This document shows, in pieces, positions 23,737-35,697 of a stretch of 64,000 nucleotides of DNA (position 1 is the stretch's first letter; each line of letters starts with the position of its first letter). Origin of the DNA: Phoronis australis (taxonomy: Eukaryota > Animalia > Phoronida); NCBI GenBank assembly GCA_002633005.1, contig NMRA01000071.1, positions 810,449 through 874,448 on the forward strand, in the 5' to 3' direction. A model generated the notes under the pieces. It worked only from the letters and a program-made list of their open reading frames with translations, did no database searches and was not told the origin of the DNA. The translations under genes were made by a program, and so were the position numbers.

Positions 23737-24931
23737 AAATGAATACCATCCTGCAGTGACAATGTAAAAAATGGAACTGAAATCAGTTTGAGGCAATGAA
23801 GTATAGGACCAATCCTTGAAGTCTACTTTTGTGTGCATACTGTAAACTTACCAGATGACATGGCCTTACTAACAATTTCCATCAGTTTTTCCCCAAAAGC
23901 CAAACCTTAGCCAAGAATTTTAAAGATGACTGAGCATCTGATTTTAAATATAATTTTGGGGCAGATTTTTTGCCAGCCCAGTTTTGTAGCCAATTGACTA
24001 GTATTTTGGAGAGGGGAAATTGTTGAGCACCCCATTGAACTGGAGCAAATGCAGCTGATATATTAGACGTAGCACTACAAAAACTTTTGGAAGACTGCCA
24101 GGTTTACAGGTTAGGCAGAAGTTAGGGTACTCCTTTCACCACACCCCAGATCCGCTTATAGTGTGTAAACCACCCATTGGTAACAGCTTCGGTAGATTGG
24201 GTCCTTGGTAGCTAACCTTGTTGAAAATGATTTGCCCGACGTAGTCACAACGGCTTGCTTGTTTATTACTGATGCCTCCAGATACACTTTCTAGTGCTCG
24301 TCATTTACATGTACGTTCAATTTGTCATGGATATGACGTTGGTGGGATAATGCTACTTGAAAACGGGGGAAGATGGCATTTGAAAGCATAAGTTACCTCC
24401 AGCAGACGTAATTTCTGTCTTGAGGGAGAGGCAAGTGTGACCTGACTGTGTGGTATAGATCAACACCTGCTGAATGAGCTGTCACTGTAACTGGCTCAGA
24501 CTCAAACTAAGGGGTGAACACAAGTCTGATTGAAACTCACGAAATCTTTTCCAACTCACTCGAATTTTGTTGGCGGCCAAAACACCTTAAGGATATTTAC
24601 CATGAAACCCATTTTGTATGCCCTAGTTTTGGTAGGTGGCACATCCAGACTTCACAATCGTGGTCGAACATGTAACTGTGTGCTGCTGAAACTCTGTATC
24701 TGGAAATGTTGGATAAAACTTTGATAGACGGGCACATCGTGGCCTTACAATGAACATGTGCTGCTGCAGATGGATGCAGTTTCTGCAATCTCAAACTTGG
24801 TTATCTTTGTTGGAAGAGGTGAATTCTTGGACATCCGAATGCATAGTTTCCTACTTTAACTCATGGGTGTTACTTAAGAAGTTGCTCATTGTTCATAACC
24901 TCTGGACAGTTTGTAGTGAATTTTACGAGTT

Positions 24932-24940
24932 TTTATTAAA
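24932..24940. terminator. Candidate overlapping bidirectional poly(A) signals
   Basis: TTTATTAAA = AATAAA on - (24937-24932) and ATTAAA on + (24935-24940), in an AT-rich patch between the convergent SIRT6 and epimerase stops. Confidence 0.35.
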
Positions 24941-26104
24941 ATATTATATTTATAAACTTTGCATATTATTAAATATCAGCTCAAAATTCAACAACACATG
25001 CAACAGTAGCCTGAGCAACCATTGACGGTATTCACCCACTACACCACGGTGTTCACCTACAACACCACCTAATCGCTAATGGTGCTCTGCGGGATGGTTG
25101 TCGGCTAGTAAAAAAGTGCTGACATCTTTGGAAACATGACTATGAGTATCGACCTGGCCTGGCAGGGATTTACAGAGTACCCTCAGTTTATGGTGCATTA
25201 TCTGGCGAGTTCCTGCATGAAATCATGCATTTGTGCGAGTTTCAAGGGTCTGTATCTTCATAGCGATTGGATGGTGTGATCACAAAAGTATTGCCACAAA
25301 ATATTTTACTAAATTCCACAATTCATACTATGCTCATTTGATTGTTGTTTAGCCGTACTCATTCCAAAAAGTGGACTTGTGCTTTGAATCAGCGAGTTAA
25401 AAGTGTTGAGTACGTTTTCTGTCTCATTGACAAGTCAACAGATGTTTACAGGCAGACAACCATTCCATATTACATCTGAGAAGGGACACCGATGCCGTAG
25501 TTGAAGTCCTTACATTGAATGTTACATGAGTTGATTAGTAGCACCTTAACATTTCTGAAAAAACAGACCTGTACATGACACTACCAGACGGACAGTCTGT
25601 ATATTACCTGTACATGACACTACCAGTCAGACAGTCTGTATATTACCACTCCAAGGAGTTACCAGCTTACCACTTAAGACACTCAGGCCCGATGGTATTG
25701 CAAGTAAAAAAAACTAAGGAAGAATCCCAAACTGGGGTGAGTGTAGACACTGGGAGTTTTGAAACAGAGGTTTGAATCCTAACTTACTGCATACACCACC
25801 ATATGTTCAGTTCCTGAACTAGATAACATCTTGATTAATGACCATAACAAGCCCAATGACCATGGATTAAAGTAATCCTAATACCAACACCATATCTCCA
25901 TAAATAAACAGTAAAAAAACCTCCTAATTGCCGAAACCACGAATCGCCTTATTCCTCCATTATTGACCATCGATACCCTCCAACTAATTCTCCAATGTCC
26001 TTGTCTCGGCCTAGGAACAAATACTCTGGTTCCTTGTCTCAACACAGCAGCTTCAGATCAAAAAATCTTCTTCATATTCACAGCAGTGTTTGCATTGTTT
26101 GTTC

Positions 26105-26305
26105 ATAATTGTCCCACCCTTCATTCACGATTTTTGTCATGTTAGCGGAACTGGACAATTACAGAGGAACCTTGATGACTTGTCCCACCCTTCATTCATG
26201 GGTACCGTCAAGTTGAGAGAACTGGCCAATCACAGAGACACGCTAAGAACTTGTCCCACCTTTCATTCAGGATTACAGTCATGTTGGCAGAACTGGCCAA
26301 TTACG
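26105..26305. repeat. ~70-bp tandem repeat x3
   Basis: ttgtcccaccYttcattca...gaactggMcaatYacRgag unit. Confidence 0.7.
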
Positions 26306-26699
26306 GAGACATGTTAATGACTTCAAACTACAGACAAACCATATTTGAGAAATTTCCTTACTTATTCCTTGTAACCAAAGTTCCCCGTCACCAACTCAAC
26401 TGAATAAACATGGAGTATAGAGGAGCTGGGACTAGTGGAATGCTTATGGAGAGAGTAAGTTTGATAACAGGCAGGAACATTGTAGCATGCATTGACTATA
26501 ACAGTAATACTCACATCAGAGGAACAGATGAACATGTACTATGTTTGCTTAACCCAGAAAGCATTCTGCAGCACCTCAATTCAGACTTTATAAAGACAGA
26601 TTTTGGTTGACGTACTTGAATAAAATCTTACAGTCTGCTGTACCAGACTTAAGCGACTGACCAGGTTCAGTTACATGTAGTTTGCATCAAAGCACTGCA

Positions 26700-29600
26700 C
26701 TACAAAGATCCTACAGTCCCTTTTCTAACACTCAGTTCTTGTCCACACACAAAACTGTCTCCAGGTGCCAGCACTTGTTTCTCTGCCACCTTGCCAGCTT
26801 CGACACACAGCATATTAGGGTACTGATTGTCTCCAAAGTCAGACATTGCCTTGGCCTTCTCAGTCCACGGATTCCACAAAACTGTACAAAACACAAAAAA
26901 CAGTCAAATCTTATTACATCTGACAACATTACCCCCTTAAGAATGCTAACAGACACATAACGTACTAAACATTTCCAATTCACAATTCAATGCATGCAAG
27001 TGTACCCTGGTTACAATGGACTATAACTAATAACTAACAAGGTCAGTTGATGTATGCTGTATTGAAGTCCAACTGAAGCTTTCAGAGTGGCCTAACACTG
27101 TCAATGGACATAAAACTGATAACACTTGAGAGGTAGACATATACAAGAGTGTACCTTCACATACACAGTATGTGTGTACACTAACAAAATAATATAACTT
27201 CGTGAAGCCATTGATCAAAACTCAATCTACTGTCTTCAGAATGGATACGCAAGTAACCAAGTTTTCTCAGAATGGAACTGAGGTATGACTGGGATTAAAT
27301 TATGGATGACAAAAAAAACCCCGTCAACTTCAATGAAGTAAGCCTTGTGACTGCTTCTGCGTTGTAGCACCAAGCCGCTAATTAATTTGTAAAGACTTGC
27401 AAGGTCAGTTTATGTTGGCCTTGGAGGAGGAACTAGTCTGCATAGTGGCTTAGTTTGTTGTCGACGGTTGTAAATCACGGGCGTCTTTCACACAATACAC
27501 AAAGTGAAAGCAATTCTTTGTGAACCCTGCTTTTCATATTAGACTAGTCTCAGTTGGACACAGCTTAACAAAGAGTTTTACTGTTTAATTACTCCTCATG
27601 TATAGGTGAACAGCTGAGCCCTCAATGTGACATCATTCTGAGTAAACTATGTAGAACCACACCAGTCCTGTTGAGATTTTATATTCAGTAAACTGAAATG
27701 GATTTTTATTTGCAGTTTTCAGCACTGTTTTGTCAAGTTTCCACACAGTCGATAGAGCAAAGTTTGTTTTTTGTCTAAAGTCTGCAAGTTAAGAATAATG
27801 TGACATCATAAGTTAAGGTGACATAGCGTGCGTGATGACTCACCTGTGTCAGGAAGACTTTTCTTCACTATGGTGACAACCCGGCCTCCTGTGGTGTTCA
27901 TTATCGTATGAACATCAGGTGTGTTCTTGTAGATCCTGCAAAGGAAACATCTGATTATCAAGAGATAAAGTGATTTGGGAAACAGTTACTTAGAACTGGT
28001 TGGCGGGAGACATCTGGAGGAAGAGGGATCTTGGAACGGTTGAAGGGAACACTACACATTCTTTAGTTGTAAGATTGCTGAAGTGAACGACAAATACTAA
28101 TTAGAAGTGGGATCTACAAATTCTATGACCAAAGAACAAAAATGTTGTTTCCAGATTGAAATAACTGAATGAGGATCAGGTAAAAATCAAGAAAATGGTC
28201 AAGAGTTATAGTGACCTCCAACATGCTTGTATTTTCTGTACAAACCTGTAGATGCCATATTGCCATGTAGTAGGCATACTTACATTAGATACCCAATGTT
28301 CCCATGTAGTAGGCATACTTACATTAGATAACCAATGTGAGTCATGTCACGTGATCTAATATTTACATATTTGGAAGACCAGGCAGGGACTCAAACCGGA
28401 GACTTTCTAAACTCCTTGCAGATGTACCACTGATCAACTCAACTATAAACATAAATCCAATGTTTAAGTGCAGGACAGCAACAGTATGGATTACAGAGGA
28501 TTATGGGATTAAGTTTCAGTCGGGTCAGCAATCTTTTCAGAATGTCATGAGACATCACCGTGTTGACTCTGATGTAACAGGTTCAGGGATATCATGCATA
28601 GTACATGTTACCTGTCATAGTTGGCTGTGACCACCACTGGGTCTTCTTGTTCAACCATATTCTCCTTTGTCAGCTGAAAGTGAAGATTTTGAGAATCAGC
28701 GTCATGCATTGACAGAACAGGAACAAATCTTTGGCCACTGAATACAGCCATCCTCATTATGTTTGTGTTCACCCCACTGTAGCCTCTTTTTACCCTGACA
28801 TACACATACAATCATCCTCAACATGTTTGTGTTCACCCCACCGTAGCCGTCAATACCCTGACCTGTCCACACAACCATCCCCAACTTGTTTGTGTTCACC
28901 CCACCCTAGCCTCACTACCCTGACCTGTCCACACAGCCAACCTCAACATGTTTGTGTTCACCCTACTCTAGCCTCACTACCCTGACCTGATGAAACAGCC
29001 AACCTCAACATGTTTGTGTTTACCCCACTGCACTTCTGATTTCGTTTCATCACGGAACTCTTGACACCAGATGACAGTGATACCAATGTATACCTGATCA
29101 TAACATGTACACTGATATCAATGTATACCTGATCATAATATGTACAGTGATACCAATGTATACCTGATCATAATATGTACAGTGATACCAATGTATACCT
29201 GATCATAATATGTACAGTGATACCAATGTATACCTGATCATAACATGTACAGTGATATCAATGTATACCTGATCATAATATGTACAGTGATACCAATGTA
29301 TACCTGATCATAATATGTACAGTGATACCAATGTATACCTGATCATAATATGTACAGTGATACCAATGCATCATAATATGTACACAGAGAACAATGTGTA
29401 CCTGGCCATAATAGGTACAGTGAGAACAATGTATATCTGATCATAATTTGTGCAGCCTGCGAGAACAATGTATACCTGATCATAATATGAACATCCTTTT
29501 AAACCTGTGACACCAGACATGGTGACGTCAGACACAGAGAAGTAGGTGTGGAGGAGGCAGGTGAAGTCAAACTGTGTGTCACCTGCGAACATACAGCACA

Positions 29601-32600
29601 GTTACGTGTTATGTTAGTGCTGCTGTACACACAAAGGCCTGAATAAAGTATACACGTTAGATATAACCGTTGTACATGTCAGGCCTTGACATAACTTTTT
29701 AAAACGGTTGTCCTTTTCGGACAACTCTATTTCAGTTCAACTTGTTTGCATCAAAAATGACCCTATCAAAAATTTGAAAGAATAAATAACAACATGTCAT
29801 GTAGTTTAAACACTAGGATATTTTTGATGCTGCAGTTACAGTGTTTCTATACATACTATAGCCCCCCCTGGTGGGTTGAAGGGGAGTCACTTGGATGTCC
29901 TTTCATGATTTGTACATTGCAAAGAGGGTATAGAAAGCATTTTGAACGTGCATGCATTTAAGATGGGATTGACCTCAGTACACGAGTACGAAAAATTCTA
30001 GGTCGTCCATTTAGACAACTGATAAGAAATTCAACTTGTCTGCATTTTTTATTGTACTTGACAATCAGAGTAGTTGTTGATGCTGCATTTGTTAGATACA
30101 AATAACCACACACCTGATAGATACAATAAATTGTACTTCAAATAGATACAATAACTCCTATTTTTGATACATACAATGACTCTATGGTAGCTCACTTGTG
30201 ATTCAAAATATATAATTCAGGATATGCATATATGGGAGACTACTTTCTAAGAGGCAAAACCTGTTGTTTCATCTTCGTCCATGCCCAGTTTACAAGGTAC
30301 AAGCTTGACACCAACTACCAGGTCACTGATGCTACAGTCCTGACCCGGTAACCAGTTCATAAGTAGAACCTAGTAAATGTTCAGATGCCTGTTTCTCAAT
30401 GTATAATATATACAAGAAAGACCGAGGGAACACAGGCATCTGAACTCATTCCATTTACATTACAATGACATACCTGTGTTAACAACTCTGAGGCTCACTT
30501 CCAACAAAGACTTTGTAAGAGTGAGGCTGTAAACCAGTTTGAATCTAAAAAGAGCATTTAATAATTGTCACATGCATAGAAAAAACACTCTCCCATAAGC
30601 AAAAGATGAGAACAATATGAGCAGTACTTCACATAAACTGAGTATCAAATACTAGGTATAACATAATATTACAGCTATGGACAGGCTAGTGTTAACGCAA
30701 TGTGCATTACATCATAATATTTAAAATGTTGATTACAGAAAATATGGCAGAGCAGTTAAGCTCAGAAAGTGACAAGAAGTTAGTAATACTATTTAATATG
30801 CAACTCTTAAACTGGTGAGGAAAATGCATATAAAAACATTTTTAAGTCTGGTGGCGTGCTGATCAGACTTAGTATTCTATAAAGCCATGGTAATGACGGC
30901 GTTGGTAAAATGATTACAGAGCTGAAGTGGACAGTTCTTTGATAACTATGGAATGAGAAAGAGGCCATCACTTCAAAATAACAATAAACTCATCAATATT
31001 TTGTAAAACTCTTGCCAACATTTAACATCTTGCACAATTAAAGTTATTAAATCTTGCCAAGATTTTCTAAAATCCTTGTCCAGATTTTCTAAAAATTTTG
31101 CCAGGATTTCCAAAAACTATTGGCAACCTTTCTGATTCTAACAATTTTACCAAGTTTCTGAATCTTGTCAAGAACTAGCACCGGCTGTACTGGTACAGCG
31201 GTAACTATGGCAACTGCAAATATGGTACTGTGGAGGAGTACGTCCAGTAAATAGCAGCTGTAGATACAAAAAGAAGGCCATGCTATTCCGGAGGCACATG
31301 AAAATAATGACCATTCACGTAAGGTGGTCCACGAGAACACAAAGATCGTGTCAACAGTTTGAAAACTATCAAGTAGTTCAACAGCATAGATTGTGGGACA
31401 ATTGCCTAATAGCTACGTGAATCCATACATTCTTGAATGTTGAAGCATTGCTAGTGATTTTATGGTAATTCTTGCTCACCTGTGATTCCACATGCTTCTG
31501 GTCATCTCGTTGTCTACCAGGGAGAACGCGGCTCTGGAGTTCTCTCCGTCACTTGTAGGCGGGGTCTCAACGGACCACCTATTGATTCTGGCAAATCCAT
31601 GTTGCGGGCCAAGGCTCCAGGGACCAAAGCAGGCTGCAAATTTGTAGTTGAAAAGACTTAATGATTATACATACCCATCCAGAGGAAGATATTAGACCGT
31701 ATGAAGCGAGGTGCTCATAAGATATACCCGATGGATAGGTTTCTACTTCTTTATTGCAGTTATCTCCACACACAAAAATTCAAACAGGTTGTGTTTACAA
31801 CCACTTTGAAAATTTAGACAATGTGCAGTGCATATCATAGCATACACAAACAAGAGCAACCCGGAGCATTGAAATGCACCCACGAATGCATCACAAATGG
31901 TGTGCTTTTAGGGTTATTTAATTGTATCATAAAAATGGCCACTAGATGGCGCAAAAATATACACTCCATCCAAAAACGGGATCATGCCATATTTCATAAA
32001 ATCTGTTAAGGAACTTCAGAAAAACGAAGGAAAACAGAACAAAATGAAATTGCCACTTGTGGGCACGGCGTCCGTTTGATCCGCCTGACTGTCATAGTCT
32101 GTTATCTTCACATAAATTCACTTAGTTAATACTAAATTTAATAAAGATCCTGCAGTGGGTTTTGGAGATACAGTTATGGGCAAAAAACAAAACAAAACTA
32201 CCACTAGGAGGCGCCACAGTAGTCAGTCGCCACCATCAAACGTCCTCTTCACACTGAAAACATATACGCCAATTTTCAAAACCACCCCCAGAATGATTTG
32301 GTTGATCGAGGGGTGGACGCCAGAAACAAAATTTGAAAACAGCAATAGATGCTTGTATTAAAAATTTTATGAAAATATGTTGATGACCTTTGAACATACA
32401 GAGTTAAACGTAGAAAACTGAAATTGCCTCTAGGGGCACACCAGATGTCAGATCCGTCCAAAAGTCGTTGTCGCTCATTGTCTACATCATTAAATACAAT
32501 TCTAAATTTAGTAAAGATCCTGTGAATGGTTTAGGAGATAAAGCCATAGGCGCAAAAAAAAATGCCACTAGGAGGCGCCACGGTATTTGAAATTGTCGGA

Positions 32601-35487
32601 AAATCATCGTCAACCGTGCTCTTTATAGTAAGCACATACATGCCAATTTTCACAATCATCCTTTGAGCGGTTTGATTGATGGAGGGGTGGACGCAAAAAA
32701 ACAGACTAAAAAACAGTAAAAATGGCCACTAGGTGGTGCAAACTACATCGAATCCATCTGAAAACAGGAGGATAGCGTTACCTCACTAATAGGTGACTAT
32801 ATACCAAATTTCATGAAAATCCGTAAAGGACTTTTGAAGAAACAAAGGTAAGCGTAAAAAACTAAAATTGCCACTAGGGGGCACACCAGTATTCCGATCC
32901 CTCCGAAAGTTCGCTCATGCCGTCCCATTCATGAATGGAACATATGTGTCAAATTTCATGAAATTAGTCAAAGGGTTTTGGAGATAGAGTAGCGGATGCG
33001 GACGGACGCCGCACGGACGGAGATGACGGCATAATGCGTACGTATAATTACAAATATGTGGGCGCATAAAATGGATACTTCATTGTCAAAAATGAAAAAA
33101 ATAATTCAATAGTATTGCCTGCTATTTGAATAGGTCAGAGGCAAAATCAAACAGGTGACCACCTCTTCTTTCTTCTCATTTTTCTGTCTCACATTAGACG
33201 AGTACTGTTTCTTAACTGCTTTTTGATACAATACCATTATCTGCCTTATTCATTGTCAGCCTATATGGTTTTGTCAGATAGCAAAATTCTGGGAACCATG
33301 TGACATGAATGAACATGACATCCCACAGCCAGGGTGTCCAATAAGGAGCATCATAAATAAACCAGTCAAATGACAGATGCAGCGATTGCGTAATAAAGCA
33401 TTCGAGTTTGTGGTGAAGAGGTAGTATGTGCAATAACATTTTCTAAGGGTACGACTCTACAAAATCATAAACCCTTCATTGCCAGAAACACAATCAAAGA
33501 ATGTTCTAAAATGTGCCAGTGCTACATTCAGTGTTTTTGTGTTGGACAAACCACTCTCGTGTGAACACCTTCAAAGGTGGACAAACCACCCTTGTGTGAA
33601 CATCTTCAAAGGTGGACAAACCACCCTCTTGTGAACACCTTCAAAGGTGGACAAACCACCCTCGTGTGAAGGTCTTCAAAGATGGACAAACCACCCTCTT
33701 GTGAACACCTTCAAAACTGGTCATGACCGCTCTAAAAGTCTCTTAGTAAGTTACTGTCATTGTTTACAAAAGAAATAAAACCGTCCCCTACAATGTGACT
33801 TCCTTAAGCCAACACCCCTATGTGACAGCCTTATAGTATTAGGACGGAGACTTTAGGACAAACTGATGTTGAAGACTTCACAAACTTACGGAAGACAAGA
33901 GGAACACCACCACGGATGGCCTTGTTGTTGTCAAACACAGCTTTGTTACTGAAACAATTCAGAGTATAATTATGTATTGCATGAACAGATCAACAGATGT
34001 CAGTTGACACTCTTGTGAACACAATCACTCAACATAAAGCCTGCAAACACAGGATTATGGAAAAATCCTGAGACTTTGCAAGCAGTTGTCACACAACGTA
34101 ACACAGAACACTTAGGTTCTGAATAACCACCGAGACTGTTCCTTTCATACACACCTTGTGAACAGAACTTCTTGACCATCACATTTCCATGACAACAGTG
34201 TTGCACCTGGTAAATAAAAGAAAGTGTCAGACTCAGAAGTCACGTAATTATCATCTAACTTACACAACATACAAATTACACTCAATCATTACATTTATCA
34301 CCAGTTCCAATCTTATTGCTAATTTACCAAATGGGACAATTCCCTAATGACTTAGAATGCTCAGAGAGCTTGTATAAATTTCCACACTTCATTATATGTG
34401 ACCTGTAAAATTTAGATACAAATATTGCAAGCAGGCATTGCCAGCAATTATGCGTCAAAAATCCAATTCCAGGTTATATTGTAATATCAACTTCTTTGTA
34501 ATCTGAACACCGCCATATGTAGATACTTCTCATGACATCAGTTGATCGCTCCACAACTTTAGCAACAGAATAACGCCTGATAAAATAGCAATTTTTATAA
34601 CATTGACAAATAATTTAGTTTACTAGAGGAAGAGTTTAGTTTTTAATGACACTAATTATAGATCAGATTTTTTAATTCGCCCATTTCTTACCCACATCAA
34701 ACCAGCACTGGTCAGATATAGTGGTCCTTGATTTTGAGACCCATTATTCAGTTATTCAAAGGACGTACATTCAAGTTTGGGTCTCACTAGTGAAGAGTAG
34801 GCCAAGGCTTCTGTTTCATGAGGTGCATATTTGAGATTTCCACTTAATGAAGCCAAGAGTTCTGTTTGCTTTAGAGGTGATTGTGTCAATGTGAGTGTTC
34901 CATGATAAGTTATTGGTAAGAGCTGAGAGACCCCAAGGTAGGGACCATTTGAGTGGTGAGTTGTAACCTGTAATTGCATATCATGGGAGGAATGAAGTCA
35001 TACCACCTAGCTGCGGCACACAGTGTTAAAAATGACCGCTTACCGATTTTGGGAACTCTAGTGAACGAAGGAGTGCTCGAAGAAAAAGTTTAGCTAGGAG
35101 TATCTGTATGAAATGGAAGTAAAACATTGACGGCCTCCCACTAAGACATGTTCCCATGTGATGACAACGATACTTCAATATTTTAGTCGGTGTGTGGCAT
35201 AATTCGTTGAAAAGCTTCCAGCGTATGAAGCACCTACAGGATAGCTACACCGTCTCATTGAGCCAGCTGTGCGTGATAAGTTCAAGCCGAGGGTCTTGTG
35301 CCCTTGAATGTTGGGCTTATTGCTCAAGGGCATAAGTGAATTACGACGTAGCCACAACTTTGCTACACGTCGCCAGATGGTCACATTACCCGTGATATAA
35401 CCCACTACTTTCCGTACCGTGCAAATGAACTGTTACGTTGTTATTATCGTCAAGTTTCAAAACAACCAAATCTTCGGCTGCTGCCAT
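26700..35487 (-). CDS. Glucose-6-phosphate 1-epimerase-like (D-hexose-6-phosphate mutarotase, aldose 1-epimerase family), 282 aa
   Basis: Exons 35487-35418, 34206-34155, 33948-33890, 31633-31480, 30544-30474, 29582-29476, 28673-28612, 27935-27844, 26881-26700; 849 nt, all GT-AG, phases consistent. Motifs HGATLLSWK, KAIRGGVPLVFP, QHGFAR, LLHTYF, VLWNPW, MLCVEAG. Confidence 0.93.
28745..29030. repeat. ~57-bp minisatellite x5
   Basis: cagccaacctcaacatgtttgtgttcacccc...taccctgacctg unit. Confidence 0.8.
29075..29490 (-). repeat. 35-bp minisatellite containing the exon-6 donor site of the epimerase gene
   Basis: Minus-strand unit includes CATATTATGATCAG|GTATACATTG, identical to the real junction at 29476/29475; 8 near-perfect copies plus degenerate ones. 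Confidence 0.9.
31848..33072 (-). mobile_element. Helentron-associated non-autonomous element (DINE-1/HINE-like)
   Basis: On -: T-run start, subTIR ATGCGCCCAC, (GTCC)-type microsatellite, internal diverged tandem units (gccactaggRggcgc, aatttcatgaaaat), 3' subTIR GTGGGTGCAT with short hairpin, end CTCTTGTTT. Confidence 0.65.
33543..33716. repeat. 35-bp minisatellite x5
   Basis: ggacaaaccaccctcgtgtgaacaccttcaaaggt unit. Confidence 0.88.
34752..34990 (-). mobile_element. Non-LTR retrotransposon (CR1/L2-like) RT C-terminal fragment
   Basis: PYLGV...NLKYAPHETEALAYSSLVRPKLE matches the YLGV..RN..AY.SLVRP.LEY pattern; frameshifted. Confidence 0.7.
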
Positions 35488-35697
35488 GATCAAGGTGAAG
35501 GTCGCGAGCACTGTCCTACCTATACGATTATAAGCAAAACATGTTTTACGCCAGTTTCCTTCCATCTTTGCATGTAATATCCATAGAATATTCACTATAA
35601 GAAACGCAAAAATGGTTAAGTTTTGTATAAATTATTCAGGTGCCATTTTTCCATTTATTTAACGAAATGTCGCATGGTTATTTTAACCTGAACAAAA
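35488..35697. promoter_or_regulatory. Bidirectional promoter region (epimerase / PTCD2)
   Basis: Divergent ATGs at 35487 (-) and 35698 (+) are 210 bp apart. Confidence 0.7.
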
